NCBI GenBank assembly: GCA_964252035.1
Contig: OZ176208.1
Length of the DNA stretch: 64,000 nucleotides
DNA from: Podarcis erhardii
Taxonomy: Eukaryota
Direction: 5' to 3' (one strand)
The translations under genes were made by a program, and so were the position numbers. A model generated the notes under the pieces. That model was not told the DNA's origin. It saw only the letters and a program-made list of their open reading frames with translations, and made no database searches. Positions 1 to 11,666 of the stretch are shown piece by piece; the stretch's first letter is position 1, and each line of letters opens with the position of its first letter.

Positions 1-1253
1 AAGAACCAAATATACTTTTTTCAGTTAAACCAAGCTCTTTAGTTGTTCACGCTTCAGAATTATATTTAGGTTTGAGTACCTTAATTTTCTTTTAACACAG
101 GGAAAGGGATTTGCATACATTCAGAGGGGGAGAGTGAAGTGGGAATGGTGCAGCAGACATTAAAATTTTGTCCTTCATCTTTAATGTAGCATCATCGTTT
201 CCTCCACCCCCACTATCATTCATATTTAGTATAAGGGCTACCTGGAGATTACCTGCAGAATATCACTTCCACAAGGCCAGCACTGCTCTCTACATAAAAT
301 GTCTCCAAGCGTTCTTTTATGGAGTTAACCTAGAGTGACTTAGAGCCAAACATGATTTCAGAGCAGCTCTGCGGCAAGCGCTTCTTTCTTGAAAACTCAG
401 CATGTTAGATCTTACCTTCCTTTCACAGATTGTCGCGAATACTCCACCGAGTCCTATTAACCTAAATGTTTTACTTATCCAGCATTTATGGAGTAGTGTT
501 CTAGAAAGCAAGCTTTTAACTCCACTTTGTTGATTTTGCCTCCTAAATTAATGACACAAATAGTCTCACAAATGCTCTTTCAAACTCCTTTTTTTATTGC
601 CTTGCAAGACTTTTGGGATGTATAAGGTTATTATTAAATATAAGGTTAATATTTTACTGATATTTATGAATAGCCATTCATTGTTGGTGATAAACTATAG
701 AAAATGTTTTAACCAGTGGTGCTTATCAGTATCTACTAAGGATATTTGGTATTTGGAAGTGACAACTAAATAAACATTTGGGGCACAATATAGAGTAAAT
801 TTCTGTTGCACAAACCCCACAGAATGTTCTGCGCACGAGTTTTCCATAGAATCTAGTTAGCTACAATGAAGAAAGAACGTTGGTCTGGTGGGTCTTGGAC
901 TGATTCAGCAGAATTGTTCTTATGTTCTTATGAATGGGCCTTCACAAAACGGTGGTATTAGTTGCATTAGTCCCATTATTTTTTAGTGTGGATCGAACTT
1001 TGAGCAAAGATTTCCATGAGTTTGGAAAATACCCAGGCAGTAAATACTGAAAACCTACTGGAATTCCTACTACTTATCTTCCATAATATTCAGCATTTGA
1101 GTTCTACATGCTGGAAAAAAGAACTGTTCCATATTCAGCTTACATTTTAAACTGCCTGAAGCAAAAACAAAACTGAGGAAAGTAAATGTACTCTTGGCAG
1201 GCCAGCAGCCAATTTCATCCTACAGCTTTTTTGCCTTGTTTTTTTCAAGAAAT

Positions 1254-1302
<49 letters not shown>
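1254..1302. repeat. Compound microsatellite (TG)n(AG)n
   Basis: Direct reading. Confidence 0.95.
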
Positions 1303-1310
<8 letters not shown>

Positions 1311-1577
1311 GGTGTGTGGGTGGTATACGGTACATAGTTTTAAAATAGCTTGAATATTCTGATTTCATTTATTTTTGTGGGTGAATGCATGCACCTGTCT
1401 TTCTTTCCCTATCCATGAAGAGTTCAAAGCATCCAGCAGTAGCAGCATACACAGAAGGGGATGTGTATATGGCATGAGAGATGATCTCATCCAACTGCAG
1501 CAAAAACAAAGAAGTGAATTGTGGCATGACTCCGCCTTTTAAAATGGTGCAAGCCTCTGCTACACCTGATGAAGTAG

Positions 1578-1676
1578 ACCTTCCTCAGCCTGGTGTCCAC
1601 CAGGTATTGTTGGACTAATGCTCTTGGGAATGGTTGGCCAACAACTTTTGGAGGGCACCGGGTTGGGGAAGACTAG
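1578..1676. mobile_element. Internally deleted hAT-type MITE
   Basis: Inverted ends ccttcctcagcctggtg / caccgggttggggaagac, flanked by aagtagac / gagtagac. Confidence 0.5.
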
Positions 1677-2904
1677 AGTAGACTGTTCACAAAAGCTTAT
1701 GTCATAATAAATTGGTTGCAGACCTCTTTGCCTCATGTAAATTCAGAATGGCAGATGTGTAACTCAGAATTTTCTCAGGACAATAACTGGAAGAAGCAGT
1801 CGGGAAAAGCTATGCCCATATTTCTCTTTATTCTGCAGGGGGAAAGTCTAAATATAAACATGTGTGTCTCATTTAGAGCCAATGAGAAGCACATATATTT
1901 TGTATTCAGATTCTGGCATGCGCATAGGAGCTGGTAACAGGAACTGGTAACAGGTGCAATTGTTGGACACAGCTTTTAATTTAAGTTGCATTTATATAGT
2001 GTCACAAATCACTTCATGAAAAAGGCTTGTGTATTTTTGTTACACCTTTTTGCATGTTCGTCATGTTGAAGCCTTTATGCACACATGTGTACATCGTTTT
2101 CCAAGCCCTAGGGCTAGTTGGCTTGTGTATGACCCTAATCTGAAAGGTCATTTATATCAAAATGTGTTGAAGGCAGAGTGCAAGAGGATAATTGCAACAC
2201 AGACACACGACAAACACCCCTCTTGACTGCCTCATTGCTCCCTTGTTACTTCAGAGTAGAATACCATGTGGCTACATTACTCAAGAGCCACTTGACACTT
2301 GCTGTGGAATAAATAAGGTCACTTTAACATCACCTTGTAAATGTCTGTTATTGTTAACTGGTTCTTATATATTACAATAATAGCTTCATGTGTGTGGCGC
2401 ACACACACCTCTCACAACACACGCACACATCAGACCAATGACACTTGTGCACATTAAAATTAGCTAATTTTATGGAGCACGATCTTTTGTTCGCAAGATG
2501 CTACTTTTATCCAAGAATGATTGACATATAAAGGAAAAGCATAGGACCCAGTGAGATGACTTTAACTGCAAGGGGAGATTGCTCTCATCCACTTCCATGT
2601 AGTTTCATTTCTCCTCAGTACACCAGTCATAGAGTCACCCCAGGAACCATTATGTGGTTTCTCTCTTTTTCTTCTATCTTCAGCTTCTTCCTCCATGGCT
2701 CCTCACTCTGCCTCCTTAAATGAACCAGATTAACCTTGCACACATAGTACACCAGAACCCCCAAGATCCATCTCACTGTATGATCTACCCCTCTGGCCTT
2801 AACAGTGAATGGCTGCTGATATGGCAAAGCCCTGTGATGTCACTGGTGTCAGGATTCTTCTGGACCTGATAACCTTCCTCTCCATTCAGTGCATATCTCT
2901 TGCA

Positions 2905-2995
2905 ACTGATAAATAAGGTCAGCCCTTGACTATGGAAGCTCACATTACAATAAATTAATCTCTCAGGTGCCAAAAGTCTCTCTGTTTTTCTCTGT
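2905..2995 (+). mobile_element. Old Penelope-like terminal repeat remnant with decayed hammerhead
   Basis: ctgataa...ggtcag-ccc-ttgact...ggaagctcac...aataaattaatctctcaggtgccaaaag resembles the PLE end seen intact at 62.7 kb (ctgaaga...gaaagctc...tctttaaggtgctac). Confidence 0.4.
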
Positions 2996-4342
2996 TCCTT
3001 AAAAAAAAAAAAATCAAATCCAAACGGAAATAGCTTGTTATTAGTTGTTATTGGCCTTTATTGGCATAAGCGGAAACACCTAACAGCTTAGAACAGCACC
3101 TTTTGTTTTCATAGTTACAGATTTGTGCTATGCCCTTTACACCTTCAATTCCAGTCTCAGTTTTAAACATCCACTTTTTATAAGCTCATAACAGGAGCCA
3201 GCAGTAAAGTGGGTAGCAACTGAATGATACAGGACCCACAAATGTGCCTTCTACTGCAAAGAAAACGTGTGTTTGATTTTTAAAGCTCCATTTTGTGATG
3301 CAATCATTTCCCAGCCTTCCTTGACTGTACTGAAAATGTTCCCACTGAGGGGCCAGCAGCATAGATTTTCACTTTAAATTACCCGTTGCTCTTGTTCTGT
3401 GCTGCCTTTGCCCTGTAGCATTGGTTGACATTTCATAGAGAGTGAACCCGCATAGGGCCAGAAAGTATATAATTATAAGAATCACCTTCTCTTGATTTTC
3501 CCATTACGTAGCAATCACAACAGAGGCAGGCTTTTTGTAGGTGCTTGCTGTGGAATGAAAAAGTTTTATTCTTTGTTGACCTGTGATTAAAATGTGGCAT
3601 TTTGGTAAATAAATAGCAGATAGCTTTTGCATAATTCAGTTCTCAACTGGTGCTAAAAGAAGCTGGTAATGCAAGTCTTTGACCTGTATCACATAAGCAG
3701 CAGCATAGGTATAATGGAAACTATGTCCTAGGATGGTGTTACAAAATGAATGTTTCCAGAGTTAAATGTACAGAAGCAGATTCCTTTTACGGAATGTAAC
3801 AAGATGATGGGCATCAGATTGCCCTGTACGTGAATGTTTGTTTTATCCTACACCATCTAAATGATTTATATTATAAAAATATTAAAGCACAAGGCAGGGC
3901 TAGATTAGGCTTTCTGGTCTTCCTCACCTGTCCCTTTTAATTTAAACTCCATGTCGCATTTGAACCCATCTTGGTTGGGGTATAGGATGCCCAAGAATTG
4001 TGATATTTTGTGTTTGTCCTGGCTGTGGGCTAAACTCAAACAGGAGGTTTTGTGCAGGGAACCTCCATGATGTACTTAAGCTAGGAAATGGACCGCGTTA
4101 CAGCTGGAGCCTGAAATGAGATGGCATAAGAAGTAGGGTGACAGCTCACCCACAAATAATTCTACCTATGAGAACTATCATATTCTGCAAGAGTTTGCTG
4201 CCTTTGTAATGGGTTCAAAATTGGGATTCCCAGGAAGGAAAACTTCCTGGCAGTTGCACACAAAGAATACCCTTCTTGCCAAGACAAAGTCTCAGCATGA
4301 ACTGGAAGACTTCTAGGGAACTGAGAACTAGCCTCTGTAGAC

Positions 4343-4479
4343 CAGGGATGGAGAACTTTCCCCCTCCAGGTGTTGTTGGCATCCAACTCCCATCAGCCCC
4401 AACCAGCAAAGCCAACAATCGGAGATGATGGGAATTGCAGTTAAGCTGCATCTGGAGTGCCATAGGTCCCGATCCCTGA
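4343..4479. mobile_element. hAT (Charlie-like) MITE
   Basis: caggga...tccctg termini, internal caactcccatca / tgatgggaattg inverted repeat, 8-bp TSD ctgtagac / atgtagac. Confidence 0.75.
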
Positions 4480-5630
4480 TGTAGACTCAGTCACTTCAGA
4501 GCCCTAGAACCCTTTCTTGTTCAGACAACACTCTGCTCTGCTTCTCCAGCTGCTTACCGCAAAGGACAAAACAGCATGTGGCTCTATGGGATCCTAGTTA
4601 TAGCTGCAGCAGGTCCTGATATCCCTTCCATGAATGAAAGAACCATCCAAAGCCACCAACAAATAGAGGCCAAAGTGTAGAAGGATGGGGAATATTTCTG
4701 TTCAAGCTTAGCTTGGCACAGGACTTAGTGCCTTAGTGGCACAGGACTAAGTGAAAGATTAGCTTTCAGCCAGGACTGAAACAAGACACTTCTCTGATTT
4801 TGTATATAAACCTAAAGTGGAGATACTTGAGGAGTTTGATCTTTATGGATTCTGATGCAGATTAACCCCATCTGTTTCCCTTGGACTAATGTGAAGATTG
4901 GAACATGATGTTTGAGTTTTCAGACCAAAAAGTTGCAAAATGCATATTTGGAGATAAAATACATTTCAATATGTGTGCCTTTGAGTGAAGCATTTGTGTA
5001 AGTTTTTTTTTAAAATGAGATCAGTATGCAAATGGAACAGATTTATGAGTGAATTCATATGAAAGTCATATGAACCAGAGAGAGACTGATTTGTCTTGTC
5101 CTTAAAATAAAATGTGTTGCTGAGATTTTGTTGCCTTACCCCAATGAGGAGTTTTGAGGCTAAACTACTATGAGTTCCTTGTAGGAAAGGTGGAATATAC
5201 ATTTAATAAGTACAAGTTGGTAAGGCACAATTTCCAGAAGTCATGGCACTTTTTTTTGTCATTGTTAACTGTTGACACATTATGCACTTTGCTGCATTAT
5301 TTGATCCCCATTGTATAGTTTTGAAAAATGAAAAAGCTACTTGCTCAGAAAAGTACTTTTTCTTCTTTTTGAGCAAGAGATTTTTACAAACACCTACCTC
5401 ATAAAAGAGCAATTTATTCTTATCCCACAATTACTACTTGACCTGGATAGAGGTTTTTTCTAGCAGTGCCTAAGAATTTCCTGAAGGCATGTGATGTTGC
5501 ATTGTTAAACCCAAACATGTCTCAGACTGGCCATGCCCTGGGTAGGAGATCCTAGGATCCACTGTGTAATTTGTTTGGAGCTTCCCCAGAGAAACTGTCA
5601 GATATAAGTGTAATGAGCAAATAAATACAT

Positions 5631-5986
5631 TTGTTGTTTAGTCGTTTAGTCGTGTCCGACTCTTCATGACCCCATGGACCAGAGCACGCCAGGCACTCCT
5701 GTCTTCCACTGCCTCCCGCAGTTTGGTCAAACTCATGCTGGTAGCTTCGAGAACACTGTCCAACCATCTTGTCCTGTGTCATCCCCTTCTCCTTGTGCCC
5801 TCCATCTTTCCCAACATCAGGGTCTTTTCCAGGGAGTCTTCTCTTCTCATGAGGTGGCCAAAGTACTGGAGCTTCAGCTTCAGGATCTGTCCTTCCAGTG
5901 AGCACTCAGGGCTGATTTCCTTCAGAATGGAGAGGTCTGATCTTCTTGCAGTCCATGGGACTCTCAAGAGTCTCCTCCAGCACCAT
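5631..5986 (-). mobile_element. 5'-truncated Bov-B (RTE) LINE 3' end
   Basis: Minus-strand ORF 5779-5967 MRVPWTARRSDLSILKEISPECSLEGQILKLKLQYFGHLMRREDSLEKTLMLGKMEG is the characteristic Bov-B C-terminus. Tail gagtcggacacgactaaacgactaaacaacaa. aataaatacat flanks both sides. Confidence 0.92.
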
Positions 5987-6385
5987 CATTCATATCATTC
6001 ATATCAATAAATACATACATATTTATAAATACATATCATTCTGCAAACAATTGTAATTGATATGTAATTAATACATATCATATCAATAAATACATATCAT
6101 TCTGCAAACAAATAATCTGGGACACTAGTAATATTTTCATTCACTAGACATTGGAGATATTACTGTATGTTAATACCATGATAGACTATGGTAATGATAC
6201 AATTTATTTTATTGGTACATTTTTTATGGAACTCTGAGATTCTGATGGTAATCTCTCACTTTTCTGTCATGACCTGTGGTTTTGACAGGAAGGCTGCCTT
6301 CAATGCAAATGCAAACAAGCCTCTACAAAAAAAAAATAAAAAAAATTAAAAAATTAATTCATCTCATTCTCAATTCTCATTTTAG

Positions 6386-6516
6386 GACCAGGGGCATACA
6401 GCCCAGAAACAAGCAGCTTGAGGTTGAAAACACCTTCCTATGTTGCAGTATACGTTTCCCAGGTGGAACGTTTTAAAGAAGCAAAAGATGACACTCCTGG
6501 ACCCGGGACGTATGAG
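6386..6516 (+). CDS. STPG2: Internal coding exon of a sperm-tail PG-rich repeat (SHIPPO-repeat) protein, most likely STPG2
   Basis: Acceptor ctcattttAG at 6384-6385 and donor GTatgt at 6517. Open frame, phase 1 in and phase 0 out: (G)PGAYSPETSSLRLKTPSYVAVYVSQVERFKEAKDDTPGPGTYE. Two PG[AP]xY repeats and the ...RF.E.K..TPGP.TYE end match my recollection of the penultimate STPG2 exon. Not in the ORF track because it lacks an ATG. Confidence 0.85.
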
Positions 6517-7025
6517 GTATGTTAATTGGGCCTTCGCAAGTAATCTTACATCAGAAACATGTAGGTACATAACAGCCTGCTATGATGCTGTTGTAGTTGA
6601 TACATTTAAATAGTGGGAAAGCAAAAGATTGGTGCTTTCAGTTGACAATAAGACAGAGAAATACAAACATGGCTTTGGTTCCTGGCTGCAGCATATGTAG
6701 GGGGCAGAATTCGATTTGATGGAACTGCCATAACTGTTTTGTGATTGACATAAATGGGACAGTTCATATGACTTAATCTGGTTTTGTGCAAGTTTTGAAC
6801 AGGTAATCCATTTTATGGATTTATAGAATTCTCTGCACAAAGAAACTAGCTTGGCAAATTCAGCTTTTGTATGATGTCAGGTTCTTTTCCAGAAGGCACT
6901 TACTCTTCTAGAGTTGAACTGTGATGACTGAAGTGTCATCTTCTGAGCCCTGAAGTTGTATGGTTTTTGCTCTGAGTGTGTTTGGTTTGATGGCTGTTAG
7001 CAATGAATTGCTGTATTGTATATGG

Positions 7026-7154
7026 CAGGCATGGGGAACCTGTGGTCCTCCTGATATTGTTAGACCGCAACCCCCAGCCATCCTGGCCACTGGTCAGGGA
7101 AGATGGGAATTGTAGTTCAACAACCTCTGTAGGGCCATGGGTTTCCCATTCAAG
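7026..7154. mobile_element. hAT MITE
   Basis: caggcatggggaacc... terminus, internal gatgggaattgtagt, 8-bp TSD gtatatgg / gtatatag. Confidence 0.7.
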
Positions 7155-8013
7155 GTATATAGTATCATTTGGGGGCAGGGTTAGGCCATTTTATGGACTT
7201 TGACCAAGAAGCAGGATAGACATCTAAGTAATAGTTTTATTTAAAATTAAGGCAGACATAGCAGCCTTTGCACCAGAGAGGGAACTGTGTAGCCAAATTT
7301 ATAACTACAACATAAGAAAATGCAGAAAATCTTGAGCTTTGAAGCGGTGAACTGAAATCTCACTGCCCCGTGACTTGACAAACAATTCATACAACCTAAA
7401 GCACATGTGCAAATTGCCAGGTGTTGACTTTTCTACATCACCTGCTGCCTGTCATTTGAATCTGCACACATATGCATTAGTCGGCTGCACTTGAAATGGC
7501 TTTTTATTGGGGCTTGTCATACTTAGATTGCCCTTTTCCAAAATCTGCAAATATAAGAATATAATGAAATGTCCCTGAGGATTCATTTTTCTTCTAGTTC
7601 ATGAATTTCACCTGCATAATTGAAACACATACATATGAAGCAAGTTGTTCTTGCCCAGTGCTCTCTTTTCTGACTACAGCAGCTTTCCTAGTTCTCAGCC
7701 AGGGAAAGATCATCCCCAGCCCTGTTGTCTGATATCCTTTAATTAGAGACACATAAAACTAAATTGGGGACCTTCTGTATGCAAAGCTCATGATATCCCA
7801 CCTAAGTAGTGTCTCCTCCCTGTTGAGGATTAGTAATAATCTAAATAAAGACCACCTCTAACAGCTCAGGCAGGGAGGTTGTTGGGCCATGGAGAGGGCA
7901 GCACAAGATCCTTGTTCTGTCTCTCTGGCTCAACACCAGGTAGAATCCTTCACACAAATCCCTAAACATATCTATGAGTGAGAGCAAACTGACCCTTCCT
8001 TGGTGTTGTAGCA

Positions 8014-8074
8014 CTGCTCACTTTGGCAGCACATATACTAAAATTGGAATAATACAGAGATTAGCATGGTTCCT
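8014..8074 (+). pseudogene. RNU6: 3'-truncated U6 snRNA pseudogene
   Basis: tgctcactttggcagcacatatactaaaattggaataatacagag---attagcatggttcct aligns to U6 nt about 2-64. The differences are mainly CpG decay (CG>CA, CG>TG, CG>TA) plus a 3-nt deletion. No upstream TATA/PSE seen and no T-run terminator. Confidence 0.9.
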
Positions 8075-8083
8075 AGAGCCCAG

Positions 8084-8227
8084 GCAGACTCAGCTAGGTT
8101 ATGTTTGTCCCACATAGCTCACCTGCAATCAAATTGTGAATCAGAGATATTTGATTGTGATGGGTGCATTACCTGAAACCTGGGCTGGTGAGCTAAGTGA
8201 ACCAAACTTAACATAGTTTGAGTCTGC
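8084..8227. repeat. Foldback (hairpin) element adjacent to the U6 fragment
   Basis: Arms 8084-8123 and 8187-8227 are reverse complements (about 33 of 40 matches). Inner caatcaaat / atttgattg pair at 8126-8134 and 8149-8157. Confidence 0.75.
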
Positions 8228-9053
8228 TCAGGTACTTGGTGCAGGAAGATCTCTAGAGCACAAAAATTTTCATAGGGATTATGAATTTTTTTTTCTTTTC
8301 TATTTCACAACTGTATCTTAAGCTCACTTCATATCTAAAGGGCACATTATCAGGACTGTCATCCAAAAAGAGTGTGCAACAAGGCTAAGGAATCCTCTCC
8401 TCAGAGCGGTTAAACTCCTTTAATCATCTCAAAACACAAAAGGACCTTAATGTGCTAGTGGCTGTAGAAAAAATGAGAAAAACAGTGTGTGCACAGAAAT
8501 GCTTTTTTCTTTTTCTTTTTTTGTGCCCTGGTTCAGGTCTGTATGCTGTACTATGTAAAACATATTTCTAGAATGGGAACAAAGCTGCCTTTTAGACTAA
8601 GCACTTAACAAAATTGTATTGTACAATCTATTGTACACCGTGCTTCTGGATTGCTCTCTCCCTGTCAAGTCTACAGGGCTAGATTGCAGATGATCTCTTG
8701 GAGGTAGGTCAAGACTGTCAAGTTCCAGCAGGGTTTGGGAAGATAACACTGATCGGCTCATTTTTTTCTGACTGTGAATGCAGGCTAGCAGAAGTTTTTC
8801 TCTATATAGCTTTCTGTTTCAATTATATTTTGCATGCTTTCATCATTACAGCCTACACTAGGCCAAATATAGGTTAACAATTCATTTTCAGAAGGCAGAA
8901 AAAAAAGGGTATTTATGTGTTCTGTTGTTCAGAAAATGGTTTTTTGGGGTTTAAATTGTAATGGTTTTCGATTTTGAGACTTTATTGTTGCTGCCGTGAG
9001 CTACCTTGAGGGCCCCTTGTGGATGGAATGGCGTTCCCAGCCCCCCCTCTCTT

Positions 9054-9055
<2 letters not shown>

Positions 9056-9122
<67 letters not shown>
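9056..9122. repeat. Compound microsatellite (TG)n(AG)n
   Basis: Direct reading. Confidence 0.95.
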
Positions 9123-9126
<4 letters not shown>

Positions 9127-9574
9127 CAAGCGTGTAAAGCTGAATGTGTACAAGTTAAATGTGTGTAAGTCTACTGTGCACAAAATTACAGTTATTCATG
9201 TGAAACTATATACAAAGGCTGTGCACTCACTCCTAAGACATCCATGAAGTTTTAGGCTTGCAAAAATGCCTGTTCTTTTATCTTTCAAATTCAACTATGG
9301 AGGAAGTCATTTCCAACGCGCAGGTAGCAAGAAGCAGCCAAGTCAACTGCTGACTGCTGTTCATTCACCAAATTAACAGGACAACCTTGCCTTCTGAATT
9401 AGCAAACTGCATGCCTGGATAAAAGTTTTCTTGAATGAATTGTGCCAGAATTTTATCATGTATGGTGGTGGGGACTGCACTGGTGGTAACTGAGTGAGCC
9501 CTTGGGGTTGTGGTGGACGGGAATGTTGACCCAGTGTCTGGCAGTTGTGAGGAGGATAAGTTCCATGCTGGAGA

Positions 9575-9890
9575 TCATTGGAAAAGGAGATTGAAGAATA
9601 AAATTGCCAATATTGTGATGCCTTTATACAAATCTATGGCGTGAACACATGGAATACAGTATACAGTTCTGGTTGCCTCGCCTCTAAAGGATATTGTGGA
9701 ACAGGAAATTATTCAGAAAAAAGGTAGCAAAAATGATCAAGGGGCTGGAACAACTCTCTTGTGTGGAAAGGTTACAGCATTTAAACTTTTTCATTTCGGT
9801 GAAGGGCAACTAAAGGAGACGGGTATTATAGAGGTGCATAAGGTTATTGTGACTGGTGTAGAGACAGTGGATTCCCTTAGAGAAACAATT
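9575..9890 (+). mobile_element. Degenerate CR1 LINE, RT C-terminal region
   Basis: Frameshifted remnants resembling IVMPLYKSMVR.HLEY.VQFW...KDIVE.E..QK...KMIKGLEQLS..ERLQHL.LF...RLRGD.IEV.K. Confidence 0.8.
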
Positions 9891-10044
9891 AGACATACCT
9901 TTTAAAATGCACTTGTACGAAACACATTTCCTTACCTTGTACCTTATATAAGCACCAAAACTTCAGTATCGTTTCATTATGTCTGATATCTTGAAAATGC
10001 ATTCCTAAGAGAACTTCAATTTTGCTAGCTTTTATGTTCAAAGA

Positions 10045-10430
10045 AGTGGCTCTTACCAGCCCTTGTGCTCATTGCAATATACAGCGGATGGTATGGGCAT
10101 TGTACTGCATATAATACCTCTTTGTGAAAAAGTTTTTGGTACAGTACTGTGTACTGTTAGTGGAGTTGAGGAAGGTCTTGATATTGCTGCAGTTTGAACA
10201 GGCACTGCAATTCCCACGCAAGAACTGGCTTCCACTTTTCCCCATCTACAGTACTGCCAGGGCATTGTGATTTCCCCCTCGACATATCTTTCAAAGCTTG
10301 TTGATATTTACATGCAAATATGGGACCATTCTTGCCTCTGGGAATATTTTCTAACAAATACCAATGCTTGTAAATGATACCCTTCACTTGACTGGTGTTT
10401 GCATCAAATGTTAGCAAGGTTTGTATTGTT
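10045..10430 (-). mobile_element. Degenerate Penelope-like element coding remnant (linker plus start of GIY-YIG endonuclease)
   Basis: Minus-strand frames give TFDANTSQVKGIIYKHWYLLENIP..., then GNCSACSNC (Cys linker), then LYAVQCPYHPLYIAMSTR (GIY-YIG-like), joined by frameshifts. Confidence 0.7.
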
Positions 10431-10716
10431 AGGAGCAGTAAATTGTTTTGTGTATGATTGTATTTTAAAAGTTATGTCAGCTTGTTGCATTAAGGGAATA
10501 AAGCCTTAGGTGATAAGTCCTGACATGAATTGTTGCCTTTTAAAACCCCTCAGAATTGCTTGTTTTAAATAAATACTTATATGTTTGCATGTGGTAGCAA
10601 AATACTTTGTAGGTTTTTCCTGCCTCTCCTGTTATATTGTTTCCGCAGATTTCTTGGGCCAGGGATTGTTTCTCACTCTCTGTATCATATGGATACCTCA
10701 TATGGCTTAGTCAATA

Positions 10717-10947
10717 CAGTGGTACCTTGGGTTACAGACGCTTCAGGTTACATACGCTTCAGGTTACAGACTCTGCTAACCCAGAAATATTACCTCAGGT
10801 TAAGAACTTTGCTTCAGGATGAGAACAGAAATTGCGTGGCAGCAGCGGGAGGCCCCATTAGCTAAAGTGGAGCTTCAGGTTAAGAACAGTTTCAGGTTAA
10901 GAACGGACCTCCGGAATGAATTAAGTACTGAACTCAAGGTACCACTG
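10717..10947 (+). mobile_element. Tigger/pogo-like (Tc1/mariner) MITE, copy 1
   Basis: TIR cagtggtacct / aggtaccactg, TA TSD on both sides. Confidence 0.9.
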
Positions 10948-11052
10948 TAATGGGAAGGGGTGGCTGGGCCCAGTGGAGCTGAGTAGCATTCATTTTTGGT
11001 GCCCGTTCCTAACTTGGCTACAGGAGGGAAGGCTTTTTCATCTTCTTTGCCC

Positions 11053-11086
11053 TGTTGTTGTTGTTGTTGTTGCTGCTGCTGTTGTT
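11053..11086. repeat. (TGT)n/(TGC)n trinucleotide repeat
   Basis: Direct reading. Confidence 0.9.
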
Positions 11087-11178
11087 CAGTCATTAGTTGC
11101 AGTTAATTTTCAGGCTTTCAGGGGGTCAGTGCACACCATGGGAAGATTCAGTGTGGTTTGGAGGGAAGGATGGATTTT

Positions 11179-11372
11179 GGAACACAGGCAATTGCCTTAT
11201 TTTGAGTCATACTATTAGTCTATCTAGTTCAATATTGTCTACACTGACTGGCAGTGACTCTCCAGGGTTTGGGGCAGGGGTCTATCCCAGTCTTACCTGG
11301 AGATGCCTGGGTTTGAACCTGAGACCTTTGGCATGTAAAGCAGATTCCCCTCTACTGAGTTATGCTCCTTTT
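11179..11372 (-). mobile_element. Squam2-like tRNA-derived SINE
   Basis: Reverse complement contains B-box-like ggttcaaaccc and ...ccaggtaagactggga...gtgtagacaatattgaactagat, shared with the copies at 22.7, 42.6 and 44.5 kb. Confidence 0.65.
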
Positions 11373-11440
11373 CCAAGGGGAAAAGACAATTTCAGGTACT
11401 CTGAAGTGATGGGATGGTGGCTCAGTCAAACCAATTAGTA

Positions 11441-11666
11441 CAGTGGTACCTCGGATTAAGAACTTAATTCATTCTGGAGGTCCGTTCATAACCTGAATCT
11501 GTTCTTAACTTTAGTTACCACTTTAGCTAATGGGGCCTCCTGCTGCCACCGCACCGCAGCCGCGCGATTTCTGTTCTCATCCTGAAGCAAAGTTCTTAAC
11601 CAGAGGTACTATTTCTGGATTAGCGGAGTCTGTAACCGGAAGCGTCTGTAACCCCAGGTACCACTG
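11441..11666 (-). mobile_element. Tigger/pogo-like MITE, copy 2
   Basis: Same TIRs, TA TSD, opposite orientation to copy 1. Confidence 0.9.

Noticed and set aside
416-500. Possible minus-strand exon (ttctAG...AAG/GTAAGA) with one open frame
   Set aside because: Weak polypyrimidine tract, the peptide resembles nothing I recognise, and there is no partner exon
1566-1580. ctgatgaagtagac, resembling a hammerhead core
   Set aside because: No stem II partner or GAAA follows, and it overlaps a MITE target site
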